DNA of 64,000 bases from Alphaproteobacteria bacterium (GCA_022826665.1 JAJDUK010000005.1:55262-119261), one strand, 5' to 3'; numbered from the stretch's first letter, positions 19,581-29,438 are shown. A program made the numbers and translations. The notes: generated from the letters alone by a model not told the origin.

Positions 19581-20753
19581 ATGTGGAACAGACACTTGGC
19601 CAAGCAGCTCACCGCCGCCTTCGTGCGCACCGTCAACACCCCGGGCAAGTACCACGACGAGCATGGGTTGATCCTGCGTGTCGTCCTCTCCCAGCGCAAG
19701 CAATGGATCTCGAAATCCTGGGTCCAGCGCCTCGTCATCCACGGCCGGCGCCGCGACCTCGGTCTCGGGGCCTATCCGCTCGTCGGGTTGGCCGATGCGC
19801 GCGAACGCGCCCTGGACAACCGCCGCATTGCCCGTTCCGGCGGAGACCCGCGCGCACGGCCCGCCGCCGCCGCGCCAACCTTCGAGGAGGCCTTCGAGGC
19901 CGTCCTCTCCGTGAAGGCCCCGGCATGGAAGAGCCCGACTTCGCAGGTTTCATGGCGCCAGACGATGCGCCTCTACGTCTTCCCGCACATCGGAAGCCGG
20001 GGCGTCGACACCCTCACCACCAGCGACATGCTCCTGGTGCTCACGCCGCTGTGGAACGATAAGCCGCCCACCGCCAAGCGGGTGCTGCAACGCATGAGTT
20101 CGGTGTGCCGGTGGGCGATCGCCGAGGGGTACCGCAACGACGACCCGACGGCGAACGTGACGAGCGTCCTGCCCAGGCACAAGGGTGAGGAGAGACACCA
20201 TGAGGCGATGCCGTACGTGCAGGTCGGCGCGTTTCTTGTACGCCTGCGAGACGCGGCGGTTCCGCTACCGCGACGGCTGGCACTGGAGTTTCTCACCCTG
20301 ACCGCGGCGCGCACGAGCGAAGTGCGGCTGATGACCTGGGACGAGGTGGACACGGACGCCCGGACATGGACGGTGCCCGCGGCGCGGATGAAGATGATGC
20401 GGGAGCATCGGGTGCCGCTCGCCGAGCGCGCGGTGGCAATTCTCGATGAAGCGCGCGGGCTTCCCCGCCACGGCTCCCGGTGGGTGTTTCCGGGCACCGG
20501 CGGCGCGGAGTTGAGTCAGATGGCGCTGCTGCGCACCATGCGCAGGCTGGACGAGGAAGCGGCCACGCCGCACGGGATGCGCTCGGCGTTTCGTGATTGG
20601 TGTGGCGAGCAGTCCGACGCACCGCACGCGGTGATCGAGGCCGCCCTTGCGCATGTGGTGCGCAACAAGGCCGAGGCCGCCTACGCGCGGTCGGACCTGT
20701 TCGAGCGGCGCCGAGTGTTGATGGAGCAATGGGCGGCGTACCTCTGTCCATGA
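19581..20753 (+). CDS. int: tyrosine-type site-specific integrase (P4/CP4-57 family)
   Basis: ATG at 19581 inside ORF 19362..20753. Catalytic region TAARTSEVRLMTWDE, HGMRSAFRDW (H-x-x-R) and C-terminal Tyr region. Confidence 0.85.
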   Translation: MWNRHLAKQLTAAFVRTVNTPGKYHDEHGLILRVVLSQRKQWISKSWVQRLVIHGRRRDLGLGAYPLVGLADARERALDNRRIARSGGDPRARPAAAAPTFEEAFEAVLSVKAPAWKSPTSQVSWRQTMRLYVFPHIGSRGVDTLTTSDMLLVLTPLWNDKPPTAKRVLQRMSSVCRWAIAEGYRNDDPTANVTSVLPRHKGEERHHEAMPYVQVGAFLVRLRDAAVPLPRRLALEFLTLTAARTSEVRLMTWDEVDTDARTWTVPAARMKMMREHRVPLAERAVAILDEARGLPRHGSRWVFPGTGGAELSQMALLRTMRRLDEEAATPHGMRSAFRDWCGEQSDAPHAVIEAALAHVVRNKAEAAYARSDLFERRRVLMEQWAAYLCP

Positions 20754-20981
20754 GATTTGCGGTGGTGATCGTCGTGGGTCGAAAATCCCGGTCCGCTGCT
20801 GGCACAGGCACGATGGGCTCGATCGGACCGCGAACGCCCTCGCATCACACCCCGCAACCGGCGCCGCTGGTCGCGCCCCGCTTGCGGGAAGCTCATGGAG
20901 GGACGCTCCAACGGACGAAGTGACCACGCGGATGTCCTCGACGAACTCGGCATCGGTACGGGCGCTCTGCACGCGCCCCGT

Positions 20982-21248
20982 TCACCTGGGTTGAATTCGC
21001 CGGCGTCCCGCTCCGTGACGCGCGGAATCGCCGCACACGCTGTCGCGCGAAGCGATCCACTCGTCGATCCCTCGTGCAAGCCACCCGACCGCGCGCGAGG
21101 TCAGCCGGATGGCGGCCGGAAAATCGCCGGCCTTGATGAGGCGGTAGATCGACGCCTTGGAAAGCCCGGTGCGTTCCATCACCGCGGGCAGGCGCAGTAC
21201 TCGCCCGTCAACGTCCACGGCGCCGTTCTCCCTGTCAGATCCGTTCAT
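20982..21248 (-). CDS. alpA: AlpA family phage/island regulatory protein (excisionase-like HTH)
   Basis: RLPAVMERTGLSKASIYRLIKAGDFPAAIRLTSRAVGWLARGIDEWIA matches the AlpA/MerR-like HTH pattern. Convergent with the integrase. Confidence 0.7.
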   Translation of the reverse strand: MNGSDRENGAVDVDGRVLRLPAVMERTGLSKASIYRLIKAGDFPAAIRLTSRAVGWLARGIDEWIASRDSVCGDSARHGAGRRRIQPR

Positions 21249-21604
21249 GCGATCTCACCGATGTCTCGATCGGGAACAAACGTTGTCGTTCGTCATGGCC
21301 GATACCTCCCGGTTACGAGGTCCCGGCAAGGCGATTCATGGCGGCTAGGGTAAGCTCGTACCGATGTGGCGGCCACAACTTCAGTTAGGGAAAATCCTGC
21401 GCTTGGCACATCGGTGCCAAGCGTGCTCTCACGTGCTCAAATTCGAACACGTGCGACCGAACTTCCCACTGATCCCCGAACTGATCGCCGCCCTCAACCG
21501 CGCCCGCGACAAGGGTACCCACGAGCGTCTGATTCGACGCCTCGCCAGGGCCATGACGCGGCAACTACGTAAACGCATCAAGACCCGGCGGACAATCCGG
21601 CCCT

Positions 21605-21877
21605 CTACGGCTTAGCCGGTTCCACGATGATGCGGCCTCGCCCTCGCCTGATCCGGTAGCCGCCGCGCGGGATCGCCAGAGTACCGTCCTGCACCATCGG
21701 CCAGAGCGTGTCGACGATCATGGCCGCGTTGCCGTCCTGCTTCCCCTTTGCCGTGTCCTGCGACGCCAGCCATTCCGCGAACGCGCGTGTCCCTACCTCG
21801 TCCCCCACCGATTTCCTGAGCGCGTTGAGTTTGCGGAGCTGCCCCTTCGTCAACGTCGACTCATCGAATTCTGTCAT
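21605..21877 (-). CDS. hypothetical protein
   Basis: Start at MTEFDESTLTKGQLRKLNALRK inside ORF 21605..21937. No motif. Confidence 0.3.
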   Translation of the reverse strand: MTEFDESTLTKGQLRKLNALRKSVGDEVGTRAFAEWLASQDTAKGKQDGNAAMIVDTLWPMVQDGTLAIPRGGYRIRRGRGRIIVEPAKP

Positions 21878-22271
21878 CGCGGTTCCTCTTCCGGCTTCTT
21901 CTGCTGAACGAATCGATGCCCCTGTAGCCGATACCAATAGCAGCGCCGCTTCCGCCGGCCCATGTCTCGTTGCCGGTATCGGCCCGGCCTTCCGCGATCC
22001 GCATCTTCAGAACATGAGACGGCCGAAACGTCACGACGCGGCGCGCCGGGATCGGCGCCGGCTCCCCGGTCTTCGGGTTGCGGCCCTCCCGTGCCCGTTT
22101 GTGGCGAACCCTGAAACTGCCGAACCCGGAGATCGTCACCGCCCCCCCCGCCGACAGCCGTTCGGCGCACCCCACGACCGCCATGTCCACGCGCGCCGCC
22201 GCAGCGCGGCGCGGCAGGCCGGTCTCGCGGTGGACGGCGTTCGCCAGATCGGCGCGCGTCACTGTCGCCAT
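21861..22271 (-). CDS. HU/IHF family DNA-binding protein (unusually long C-terminal tail)
   Basis: TRADLANAVHRETGL...GGAVTISGFGSFRVRHKRAREGRNPKTGEPAPIPARRVVTFRPS is the HU/IHF arm signature. About 40 extra C-terminal residues. Confidence 0.65.
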   Translation of the reverse strand: MATVTRADLANAVHRETGLPRRAAAARVDMAVVGCAERLSAGGAVTISGFGSFRVRHKRAREGRNPKTGEPAPIPARRVVTFRPSHVLKMRIAEGRADTGNETWAGGSGAAIGIGYRGIDSFSRRSRKRNRDDRIR

Positions 22272-22447
22272 GGCAGAACAGCACTCCGGATTTCGGTCAG
22301 CGTAGCCCCGCCACAGCTTCGGTCAAATCTCAAGACTGCTCACTTGCGAACCAGGCAACTGCGTGCAGCCCATGTCATTCGCCGGCCGGCGCGCTTCAAG
22401 GCGGAATGCGCCAGTGCGCCGTTGCGGAGCGCAGCTGACGCCTGCGG

Positions 22448-24052
22448 CTAAATCCCGATTCTCTTGCTCAGGCTCAGGTAGTTTCGACCGTCTTTGCGCC
22501 GGTATCGCAAGTCGTCGACATACGTGCGCACCAGATGCAGGCCGAGGCCGTCCACCACCGTTTCTTCCTGTATCGTGTCCGGACCCGGCTGGAACATGAG
22601 GGTATCGGGATCCAGCTCCCGGCCGTCATCCTCGAAGCGGATTGCGAGGCTGCGGGATTCCTCGTTCATCTGAAGGTGGACGTCGATCCGCTGCGTGTCG
22701 GCATCGTCATGGCCATGCTCCACCATGTACATCAGTGTCTCCTCCAAACAGAGTTGTATCTGGAACCGGTCCTGTTGCGGCAGCCCGTGCCGGTCGGCGA
22801 AACCGTCCATCGCCTTCGCGACCCGTTCCAGTTCCCCGCGGCCGTTGCGCACGACCAGGCTCAAGCCTGGGGCCGCTTCCGGGGATCCGTCCCGGCCACT
22901 CGCGGCTGTCGACGGCCCCTCGCGGTCCCCTTCCGTTCGGACACCTGGCCGCTGGGCATCGGACGGCCCGTCGGCTCGCACCAACGCGCTCAACGCCGCG
23001 ACATCGATCGCCGGTGTAGTCGACTTGGGTGGCCAGCTCCGGTCCCCGGCCTTTACGACGAGGCTTCTGACCGCTTTCCTCAAGTCGGCCACAAGAGCCA
23101 ACTGCTGCAGCGTGTCCAATGTCTGCGCATGCTCCGGCAGGCACAGGTGCCGCCAGAGCATCTGATAGGACAGGACGTCATCGCCGGCGAAGTCGAAGAT
23201 ATCCATCGGCGAGGCCGGATCTTCCGGCGAGAGCCCCGCGGCCCGGAGCAGGCAGGCGAGCGCCCCGCGGGTTATCCGGTCTTCCTCGAACCCGTCTTCC
23301 GTTCTGTGCAAGGCGCCCAACACGGCGAAGTAGCCCGAGTTCAGTGGCTGGCTGAAGCTCCACAGCGGTCGCGTGGGGTTGGTCAGGTAGCGCCGCTCGC
23401 CGCCCCGGTGAGGGCGCAGCAGGGCGGCGTTGCGGTGGGGAAAGCGGTCGAACAGAAGCAGGGTCTCGGCGTGCTCTATCGCGGCCTTGACGAACGACCA
23501 GCCGACGACCTGGTTGACCCTTCGCTGGTCGGGCGGCGCAGCGGCGATGAGGTCGGCACTCATGCGCGCCGTTTTCTCGACGCAGAGCTCTTGCAGCTTC
23601 AAGTCCTCCGCGTGACCCAGAGGAAAATACATCCATATGCGCTCGATAACGTTGTAGTGCGCAAACTCCCGATCGGTCTCGCAGGCTTGCCGGGAAATCG
23701 AAGCGGTCACGGGATCGTTCGCGTAGGCCAGAGCCGTGCCGCGATAGACGCTTCGCGGGAATTGGTCGAGGACGATCAACTTCGCCAGAATGCCCTTCGG
23801 AGTGTCCCAGACCGGGTCGCCGAAAAAACGGTCCACCCCCTCTCGGTGCATCTGCTCGCACCATTCGCGCTGAACCCGAAGATCGTTCGGATCCAGGGTG
23901 CTTCTGGTGAACGGTCCGACCCGCCACCGTCGCATCGCCTGCTGCCAGTTCTCGCGGGAAGCATCGGCCGGCGTGCGCAGGCGACCGAGCCAGAAATCCA
24001 GCACCGCCTCCGGAGAGCGCTCCGCAATACGGACATGGTCGTCAGCGCCCAT
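22448..24052 (-). CDS. DUF924 domain fused to RsbW/SpoIIAB-like anti-sigma serine kinase (HATPase_c_2-like) domain
   Basis: Start at MGADDHVRIAERSPEAVLDFWLG (frame arithmetic). N-terminal half has the DUF924 block LIVLDQFPRSVYRGTALAYANDP. C-terminal 140 aa has CLEETLMYMVEHGH, RFEDDGRELD and GLGLHLVRTYVDDL resembling N, G1 and G2 boxes. Confidence 0.55.
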   Translation of the reverse strand: MGADDHVRIAERSPEAVLDFWLGRLRTPADASRENWQQAMRRWRVGPFTRSTLDPNDLRVQREWCEQMHREGVDRFFGDPVWDTPKGILAKLIVLDQFPRSVYRGTALAYANDPVTASISRQACETDREFAHYNVIERIWMYFPLGHAEDLKLQELCVEKTARMSADLIAAAPPDQRRVNQVVGWSFVKAAIEHAETLLLFDRFPHRNAALLRPHRGGERRYLTNPTRPLWSFSQPLNSGYFAVLGALHRTEDGFEEDRITRGALACLLRAAGLSPEDPASPMDIFDFAGDDVLSYQMLWRHLCLPEHAQTLDTLQQLALVADLRKAVRSLVVKAGDRSWPPKSTTPAIDVAALSALVRADGPSDAQRPGVRTEGDREGPSTAASGRDGSPEAAPGLSLVVRNGRGELERVAKAMDGFADRHGLPQQDRFQIQLCLEETLMYMVEHGHDDADTQRIDVHLQMNEESRSLAIRFEDDGRELDPDTLMFQPGPDTIQEETVVDGLGLHLVRTYVDDLRYRRKDGRNYLSLSKRIGI

Positions 24053-24509
24053 GTCTCGATTGTCCCATCTCGCCCGACAGGCCCATCGACCGGCGCAACC
24101 TAGGGGGAAACCCGGTCGCGCCGCTATCCTCCCAAGTGGGAGGTTTCGTTCGAAAGGGGGGTCAAAAAAACTCGGCCCGAACGATGTTCCTGCGAGATTT
24201 TTCGGTGTGGCGGGGCGGCGACGGCGCGCCGGCATGGCCCAGTGCCAGCGCGGCCAGGGTCAGGTTCTCCAGCACATCGGCCGCCGCCATCGCGAGCGGC
24301 AGAAGATAGAGCGGCGCGGCGCGCCGCCACAGTCGGACCAGCAGGATCGTCAGCAGCCGGTCGTAGGCGGTCCGCCTGCTGTTCCCGACCGGCTGCTGCA
24401 AGAGCGAGATGCTGACCCTGCGCTGGTGGGGGTCGATCTCGAATTCGGCGAGCTCCATCTCGCTGCAGCCTAGACCGGCCCTCGCGCGGACCTGCTGCCA
24501 CCGACGGCG

Positions 24510-24866
24510 GTGGCGCTGTTGGAAGCGCTGCCGCGACGGATGGACAGCCCCTGGGTGTTTCCGGGCAACGACCGCTACGGGCGCTACAGCAGCGGCGGAC
24601 TCGACCATGCCTGGCGGACCGTGCGGGCAGCGGCCGGGCTGGAGCACGTGCGGATGCACGACCTCAGACACAGCTTCGCGTCCACGGCGCTCGCCCTCGG
24701 AGAAAGCCTGCCGATGATCGCCAGGCTCCTAGGCCACAGCCAGATCAAGACGACCGCCCGCTACGCCCACCTTGTGCGGCAATCGGTGAAGACCGCCGCC
24801 GACACAGTCGCGGACAGCCTCGCGGAAGACCTGGGCCCGCCCCCGGTCGCTCCGTCCACCGCCTGA
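24510..24866 (+). pseudogene. 5'-truncated tyrosine recombinase (C-terminal catalytic fragment only)
   Basis: 118-aa ORF with MHDLRHSFAS and GHSQIKTTARYAHL (R-H-R-Y catalytic region). No N-terminal core-binding domain upstream in any frame. Confidence 0.6.
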
Positions 24867-25436
24867 CCGGCGGCGCGCATTGACCGGATTGGTCTCGGGC
24901 CGCGGCATCGGCTGCTTGTCCCGGACGGCCCCGCGTCGGACACGGCTCTACATGTACGCAATACCGTCGCGCGTCAGATTGATGACCTTCTCGATGTTTC
25001 CCTCGTCAAGTTTGGAAAGGCGCGATTCCGGCATCCCCAGGGCGGCCGCCAATTCGCTCCTTCGCACGATTGTTGTTCGGCGCGCATGTTGGGCGCCGAT
25101 CGCCGTAGTAAAGCGTTGATTTGCTTCGATTCCGAGGGGTCAAACTTCGACGCCGAACAACAGTCGGCGGCCATCATTGATGCCAAATTTCCTTCGGCCT
25201 CGCCGCCGGCCGGCAAGGTCAAGGAGGCAGGGCGGCCCAATTCTTCGTCACGCCCGGAAGATGCGCCATGTCCGGTCCCAACGCGTTTGCAAGGCTCCAC
25301 GAAGCCTGAATCAGTGGAATCGAAATCACGCTGACCCCCGACGACATGGACCTGCTATTCGGCGCAAGTCCTTTTGTTCTGGGGTATTTCCTTCTATACA
25401 AACCCTCAGGCGATCTAGTCGCGAAGAGGACGTGTC

Positions 25437-25988
25437 ATGAAGCCAGCAGTGGCCGTTGTCGATTGGTATGGGCCATACACTCTTGAAGAGGCACGAACCG
25501 CCACCCCAGACTTTGGGGATGGCATCTACATGGCCACCGGAGCATGCAAGTATCAGCGCGCCGTACGGCCTCAGTATTTGGGAATAACATCAAGTCTTTC
25601 GTCAAGACTAAACGGAGACCATCATAAGTTGTCACTGGTCACTCGAGAGCAGGAACTATGGCTAGGGGAAATCGCCAGTTATAGACGGCCTGGTAGGAAG
25701 ACAAAAGCTACCGATAGAATGCTTGACTTGGCTGAATGGGCGCACATCTACTTTCTACAGCTACCCCTCAACGAGAAAAAAAGAGCACAACCTCCAGATT
25801 ATCCGATTACGGTATACAATCGGTGGTGGCGCAACGATTATGCAACTCCACATCGCCGACGTCCACATCAACGATGGCCCGACCTCATCGATTTTGTTGA
25901 CTGCGATTACCCGGCGAAAGTTGTCTGGTTTGGACGGCGTCAGGTCATAAGGCCCGTGCTTGACTTCAAGAACTCACATGTAGTTTGA
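25437..25988 (+). CDS. hypothetical protein (183 aa), first gene of low-GC island
   Basis: Clean ORF in the low-GC segment. No recognisable motif. Confidence 0.4.
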   Translation: MKPAVAVVDWYGPYTLEEARTATPDFGDGIYMATGACKYQRAVRPQYLGITSSLSSRLNGDHHKLSLVTREQELWLGEIASYRRPGRKTKATDRMLDLAEWAHIYFLQLPLNEKKRAQPPDYPITVYNRWWRNDYATPHRRRPHQRWPDLIDFVDCDYPAKVVWFGRRQVIRPVLDFKNSHVV

Positions 25989-26073
25989 AGTCCGTGCTAG
26001 GCGCACTCCACCGCCTTCAGCCGCTCTACATGCGTAGAGGAGATGATCACACATCCAGTCCAAGAACTGAGCT

Positions 26074-26583
26074 CTATGTATTCAGTACGTTCATGCCACT
26101 GGCTGTTTCCATGACCAAGGCCACATGCTCGAGAAATTTGCGTTGCGCATTGTCGGCTAAGTCCACGTGAGTTGTGTCATCACCTACCGTCATATCCACC
26201 GATCCAGTTGCGATGTCGACCTCCACCGTGCCGCCGATCGTCGGGTGTTCTTGAAGGGCCTTGCGTATTCGAATGTTAGTATCTTGCGATCGCCCGGATT
26301 TGCGAAATTGACTAAACCTGGGCCGCAACTCGACCGTTTCTCCTACATAACACTTCGTACGCCCTTCACCGTAAAGGTGGAACCTGTATAGACCGGTCTC
26401 ACGCGTAGTCTCTGGAAACGCTGGGTCGCCCTTGTCGTCCCATGTGATGCGACCGATGCGTCGCCATCGTACCTCGACCGAAAATCGTATCGACTCAATT
26501 CCCGTTACCACCATCTCAGTCGCTGTTGTTCCGATCATCGCAGTTGCTCCGTGACCTCCCATCTGTTGATGATGGCACACCAT
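26074..26583 (-). CDS. GIY-YIG-like nuclease candidate
   Basis: GLYRFHLYGEGRTKCYVGETVELRPRFSQF resembles GIY-(x10)-YVG followed by the conserved Arg-x3-F helix of GIY-YIG domains. Last gene of the dcm operon; start may be MIGTT at 26538. Confidence 0.4.
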   Translation of the reverse strand: MVCHHQQMGGHGATAMIGTTATEMVVTGIESIRFSVEVRWRRIGRITWDDKGDPAFPETTRETGLYRFHLYGEGRTKCYVGETVELRPRFSQFRKSGRSQDTNIRIRKALQEHPTIGGTVEVDIATGSVDMTVGDDTTHVDLADNAQRKFLEHVALVMETASGMNVLNT

Positions 26584-26616
26584 ACTTACGCGCCCAGCGC
26601 CAGCTCCAATACGTTC

Positions 26617-27669
26617 TCACCGCTCATCACCTTGGTCATCAAGATAGCGATGAATTGCCCGTGCATGATGCTCTGCGAACTTCGGCGGGAACGCATTTCC
26701 AATCATTTGTGCTGCTGGATATCTCCCCCGGGAAAGGTCGAATCTATAGCTTTTAGGGAAACCCTGAAGCAGAGCTGCTTCTCGCAATGTAATAGCTCTA
26801 TCTTTTTCCGGGTGTAAGAATCGCCCTTTCGAAGGATTAATGCATCCTCCAGTTATAGTCGGTGCTTCCTTCCTCCATTCCATACGACCATACACATCCC
26901 AAAATCCCTCTAACCTCTTGTGACATTCCAGCTGGTCATCAACGGGCAAGTCCGCTCTACTGCCCCCATCCTTGGGTATGCGGCAAATCAATTCGTAAAC
27001 CTTATGCGCTCGCCTCACTTTGTAATTGTGCGCTGGATCATTCGATTTCTCTGGCGCTGGCAACTTTCGTATAGCTTCAGACACTGTTCTGCGCCGTGAG
27101 GGGCAAGCAAATGGAGGCAATCCCTTAAGGCCTCCCAACAAAAGCAAGCGACGTCGCCGCTGCGGTACACCGTACCGTGCGGCATCAAAGACATCCACAC
27201 CAGTACGGTAATCTAGACAATGAAGTTCGCTCCTTAGCCGCTCCAATCTCTCGTCACTCATGAGAGCAGGTACGTTCTCCATCATAATGGCTTTCGGCCG
27301 AAATACCCTAACGAACCGAACAAACTGGAACACCAGCTCGTTTTGTGGATCGTTTGCGTCCCTCGCTCCATTCAGAGTGCGCAAGGTCGAATATCCTTGG
27401 CAAGGAGGGCAACCCGCTATGAGATCCATCTCCCCGGCTCTTATGCCAAGTACTTTCATCAGTTTTCGCGGCTTGATTGTCGTAATGTCACACTGGAACA
27501 TTCGGGTGTTTCGGTGGTTCTTACGATAGGTTGACGCAGCCAAGGGATCGTTATCGATCGCTGCCACCACGTCGAAGCCAGCTCGACGAAGACCGAGCGA
27601 CAGCCCGCCACAACCTGCAAATAGATCTACCGCTCGCCGTTCCGCCTTCTCGTATTGGAACGATCGCAT
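26617..27669 (-). CDS. DNA (cytosine-5)-methyltransferase
   Basis: All C5-MTase motifs in order: FAGCGG (I), GCPPCQGYS (IV), MENV (VI), QRRRR (VIII), IGNAFPP (X). Start codon overlaps the upstream gene stop. Confidence 0.9.
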   Translation of the reverse strand: MRSFQYEKAERRAVDLFAGCGGLSLGLRRAGFDVVAAIDNDPLAASTYRKNHRNTRMFQCDITTIKPRKLMKVLGIRAGEMDLIAGCPPCQGYSTLRTLNGARDANDPQNELVFQFVRFVRVFRPKAIMMENVPALMSDERLERLRSELHCLDYRTGVDVFDAARYGVPQRRRRLLLLGGLKGLPPFACPSRRRTVSEAIRKLPAPEKSNDPAHNYKVRRAHKVYELICRIPKDGGSRADLPVDDQLECHKRLEGFWDVYGRMEWRKEAPTITGGCINPSKGRFLHPEKDRAITLREAALLQGFPKSYRFDLSRGRYPAAQMIGNAFPPKFAEHHARAIHRYLDDQGDER

Positions 27670-29438
27670 TAATCGACCCTTCCCACAAAGTCCAAACCCA
27701 CCCGAGACAGTGAAGCCCCCAGTTTGTGCAGCAGATTCAATGCATACTCGTAGCGCAGCTGACCGACAACTCGCACTTCTTGTTCCACAAAGCTAAGATT
27801 ACCGTTCGCTGATCTCGTCGACCCTATGGTCAACATTCTTGTGCTAGCAGGGTCGAGAGAAAATAGTCCCTTATTCTTGGCGTAAACAAAGCTCAAAACG
27901 GGCTGGGCATTTCTTTGACTGGTAAACAGATATGACCTATTCTCGCGCCCGTCCAGGTTCAAGAACACACAGCGTCCTTCATTTATTTCATCTGGCCTTG
28001 GCACCGCGCGTGTATCTCTGTGCAGCTTTACCGCGATGAACGGCAGCCACTCCCCGAAGCGGTCACGACGTTCAGCTCCGCCTTGACCAGGTACCAAGTC
28101 GCAGGCCGGGCTCAAACACACCCAGTAATCATCGCCACTCTGAAAGACATGTCCAGTAGTTAAGTGACGTCCTCCGGGGGGTCTGCTGCATGCGAGTACG
28201 TTGTGCTCGATCAATGCTGTCGTTTTTTCCGATTGTTCAGTGAGATCAACCTGAAAGCGTCTATTGCACACTTGTTTGCTGTTCTCACCGTTTGAGTTTT
28301 CAAATTGCACCAGTTCATCGGCGAAGTCACTGACACTTGGGATCACCTCATCAATAAGCAGCTCTGCGTGCCATTTCACGCTTTCTGAAATGTATTGAAG
28401 GCGCACGTCACTGCTCGCGTCCAAGAGCCTGCTGTACCAATAGGCAAGTGCACGGCGTCGAGCAAGAACGTGCTCCTGAACAGGAACACCTTGTTCGTCT
28501 ACCTCCGCCCGCAACCGCGACAAAAGCAGCCGAGAAGGCGTTGGATTCCATCCCGAAAGCGCTTGACTCAGTCGTTGCAAGAGATCGTCGTGCTCTCCCT
28601 TACGAGCAAACGCTATGAAAATGGAACCACTCTGAATCCAATAAGGGTCGGATAGAGCCCACGCAAACTCTCCAACATAGTTGCTGTGCAGGCTCTCCGC
28701 CAATGCCCTTTCCCGCATGACAAGCGCGTAGATTAGCAACGTGCGACGATCATCCTCATCCAAGCCGACGTCGACGCAAAGTGCGTGAAATTCCGCAAAG
28801 GGCTGCTCCGCCGCCTCCATCGTGCCAAACACTTGACCAGGCTCTCGACGGTATTCGAGATATGCCTCCGTCCCAATGCTAGCCAAGAGCGCGTCTTCGA
28901 ACCCCTCCCGTTCGAGCTCCGCTTCATCCAACAGACGCTGGGCTGCTTCGGCGCCAGCACCGCCGCGGGTTAGGTCCTGAGATGCCGAGAGAAGACCGAT
29001 GCGTACCTGCTGAAACACTTCATCCAGCTCTAGGGATGTGTAAATGATTACCAAGTTGAAGTGCTGATTGCCGGCGACATTGCGCAAAATTTCGATTGCT
29101 CTTGAGCCGTCTTCTCGCCGAGTCCGGTCTAACTCATAGTCCAGGACTAACAAGTCCGATTGATGCAAATGCCGTGCAACCTCCCTCGCGCCCTCCTCAG
29201 GTACGTTCTGTCCGTCGTGAATATCCAGTAGGAGCGGCGTATCTCTATCCCGAAACTGCCTTATCAGCTCTCGTACCCGATCTGGCGATTCGCGCCATCT
29301 CTTTTCAACACCTTGGTCCGATTCTGGAGCAGCCAATATGTCGCTATACGTCGGATAGTCATCATCTACGATGAGAACCGAACGAATGGGATCAACATAG
29401 GCTTTTCCTATGAACGCATCGTAGGACTCACACATCAC
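27669..29438 (-). CDS. receiver-like (CheY-fold candidate) N-terminal domain protein with large uncharacterised C-terminal domain
   Basis: N-terminus IRSVLIVDDDYP...TPLLLDIHDGQ...DLLVLDYEL...NLVIIYTS resembles beta1 acidic pair, phospho-acceptor Asp and beta4/beta5 of REC domains, but is degenerate. C-terminal 430 aa has no recognisable motif. 11-nt overlap with the upstream GHKL gene. Confidence 0.5.
   Translation of the reverse strand: MMCESYDAFIGKAYVDPIRSVLIVDDDYPTYSDILAAPESDQGVEKRWRESPDRVRELIRQFRDRDTPLLLDIHDGQNVPEEGAREVARHLHQSDLLVLDYELDRTRREDGSRAIEILRNVAGNQHFNLVIIYTSLELDEVFQQVRIGLLSASQDLTRGGAGAEAAQRLLDEAELEREGFEDALLASIGTEAYLEYRREPGQVFGTMEAAEQPFAEFHALCVDVGLDEDDRRTLLIYALVMRERALAESLHSNYVGEFAWALSDPYWIQSGSIFIAFARKGEHDDLLQRLSQALSGWNPTPSRLLLSRLRAEVDEQGVPVQEHVLARRRALAYWYSRLLDASSDVRLQYISESVKWHAELLIDEVIPSVSDFADELVQFENSNGENSKQVCNRRFQVDLTEQSEKTTALIEHNVLACSRPPGGRHLTTGHVFQSGDDYWVCLSPACDLVPGQGGAERRDRFGEWLPFIAVKLHRDTRAVPRPDEINEGRCVFLNLDGRENRSYLFTSQRNAQPVLSFVYAKNKGLFSLDPASTRMLTIGSTRSANGNLSFVEQEVRVVGQLRYEYALNLLHKLGASLSRVGLDFVGRVD

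Noticed and set aside
16858-20753. Treating tRNA-Arg as the att site of the intact P4-type integrase island
   Set aside because: The tRNA 3' end points away from the integrase (toward the core side), and a PLP aminotransferase gene lies between them. No tRNA-derived direct repeat could be identified by eye. The association is left as unproven.
24943-25029. 28-codon minus-strand ORF (MPESRLSKLDEGNIEKVINLTRDGIAYM) resembling the start of a transposase or HTH protein
   Set aside because: Too short and immediately terminated. It is possibly a relic of an IS or recombinase N-terminus, but this is not supportable as a feature.
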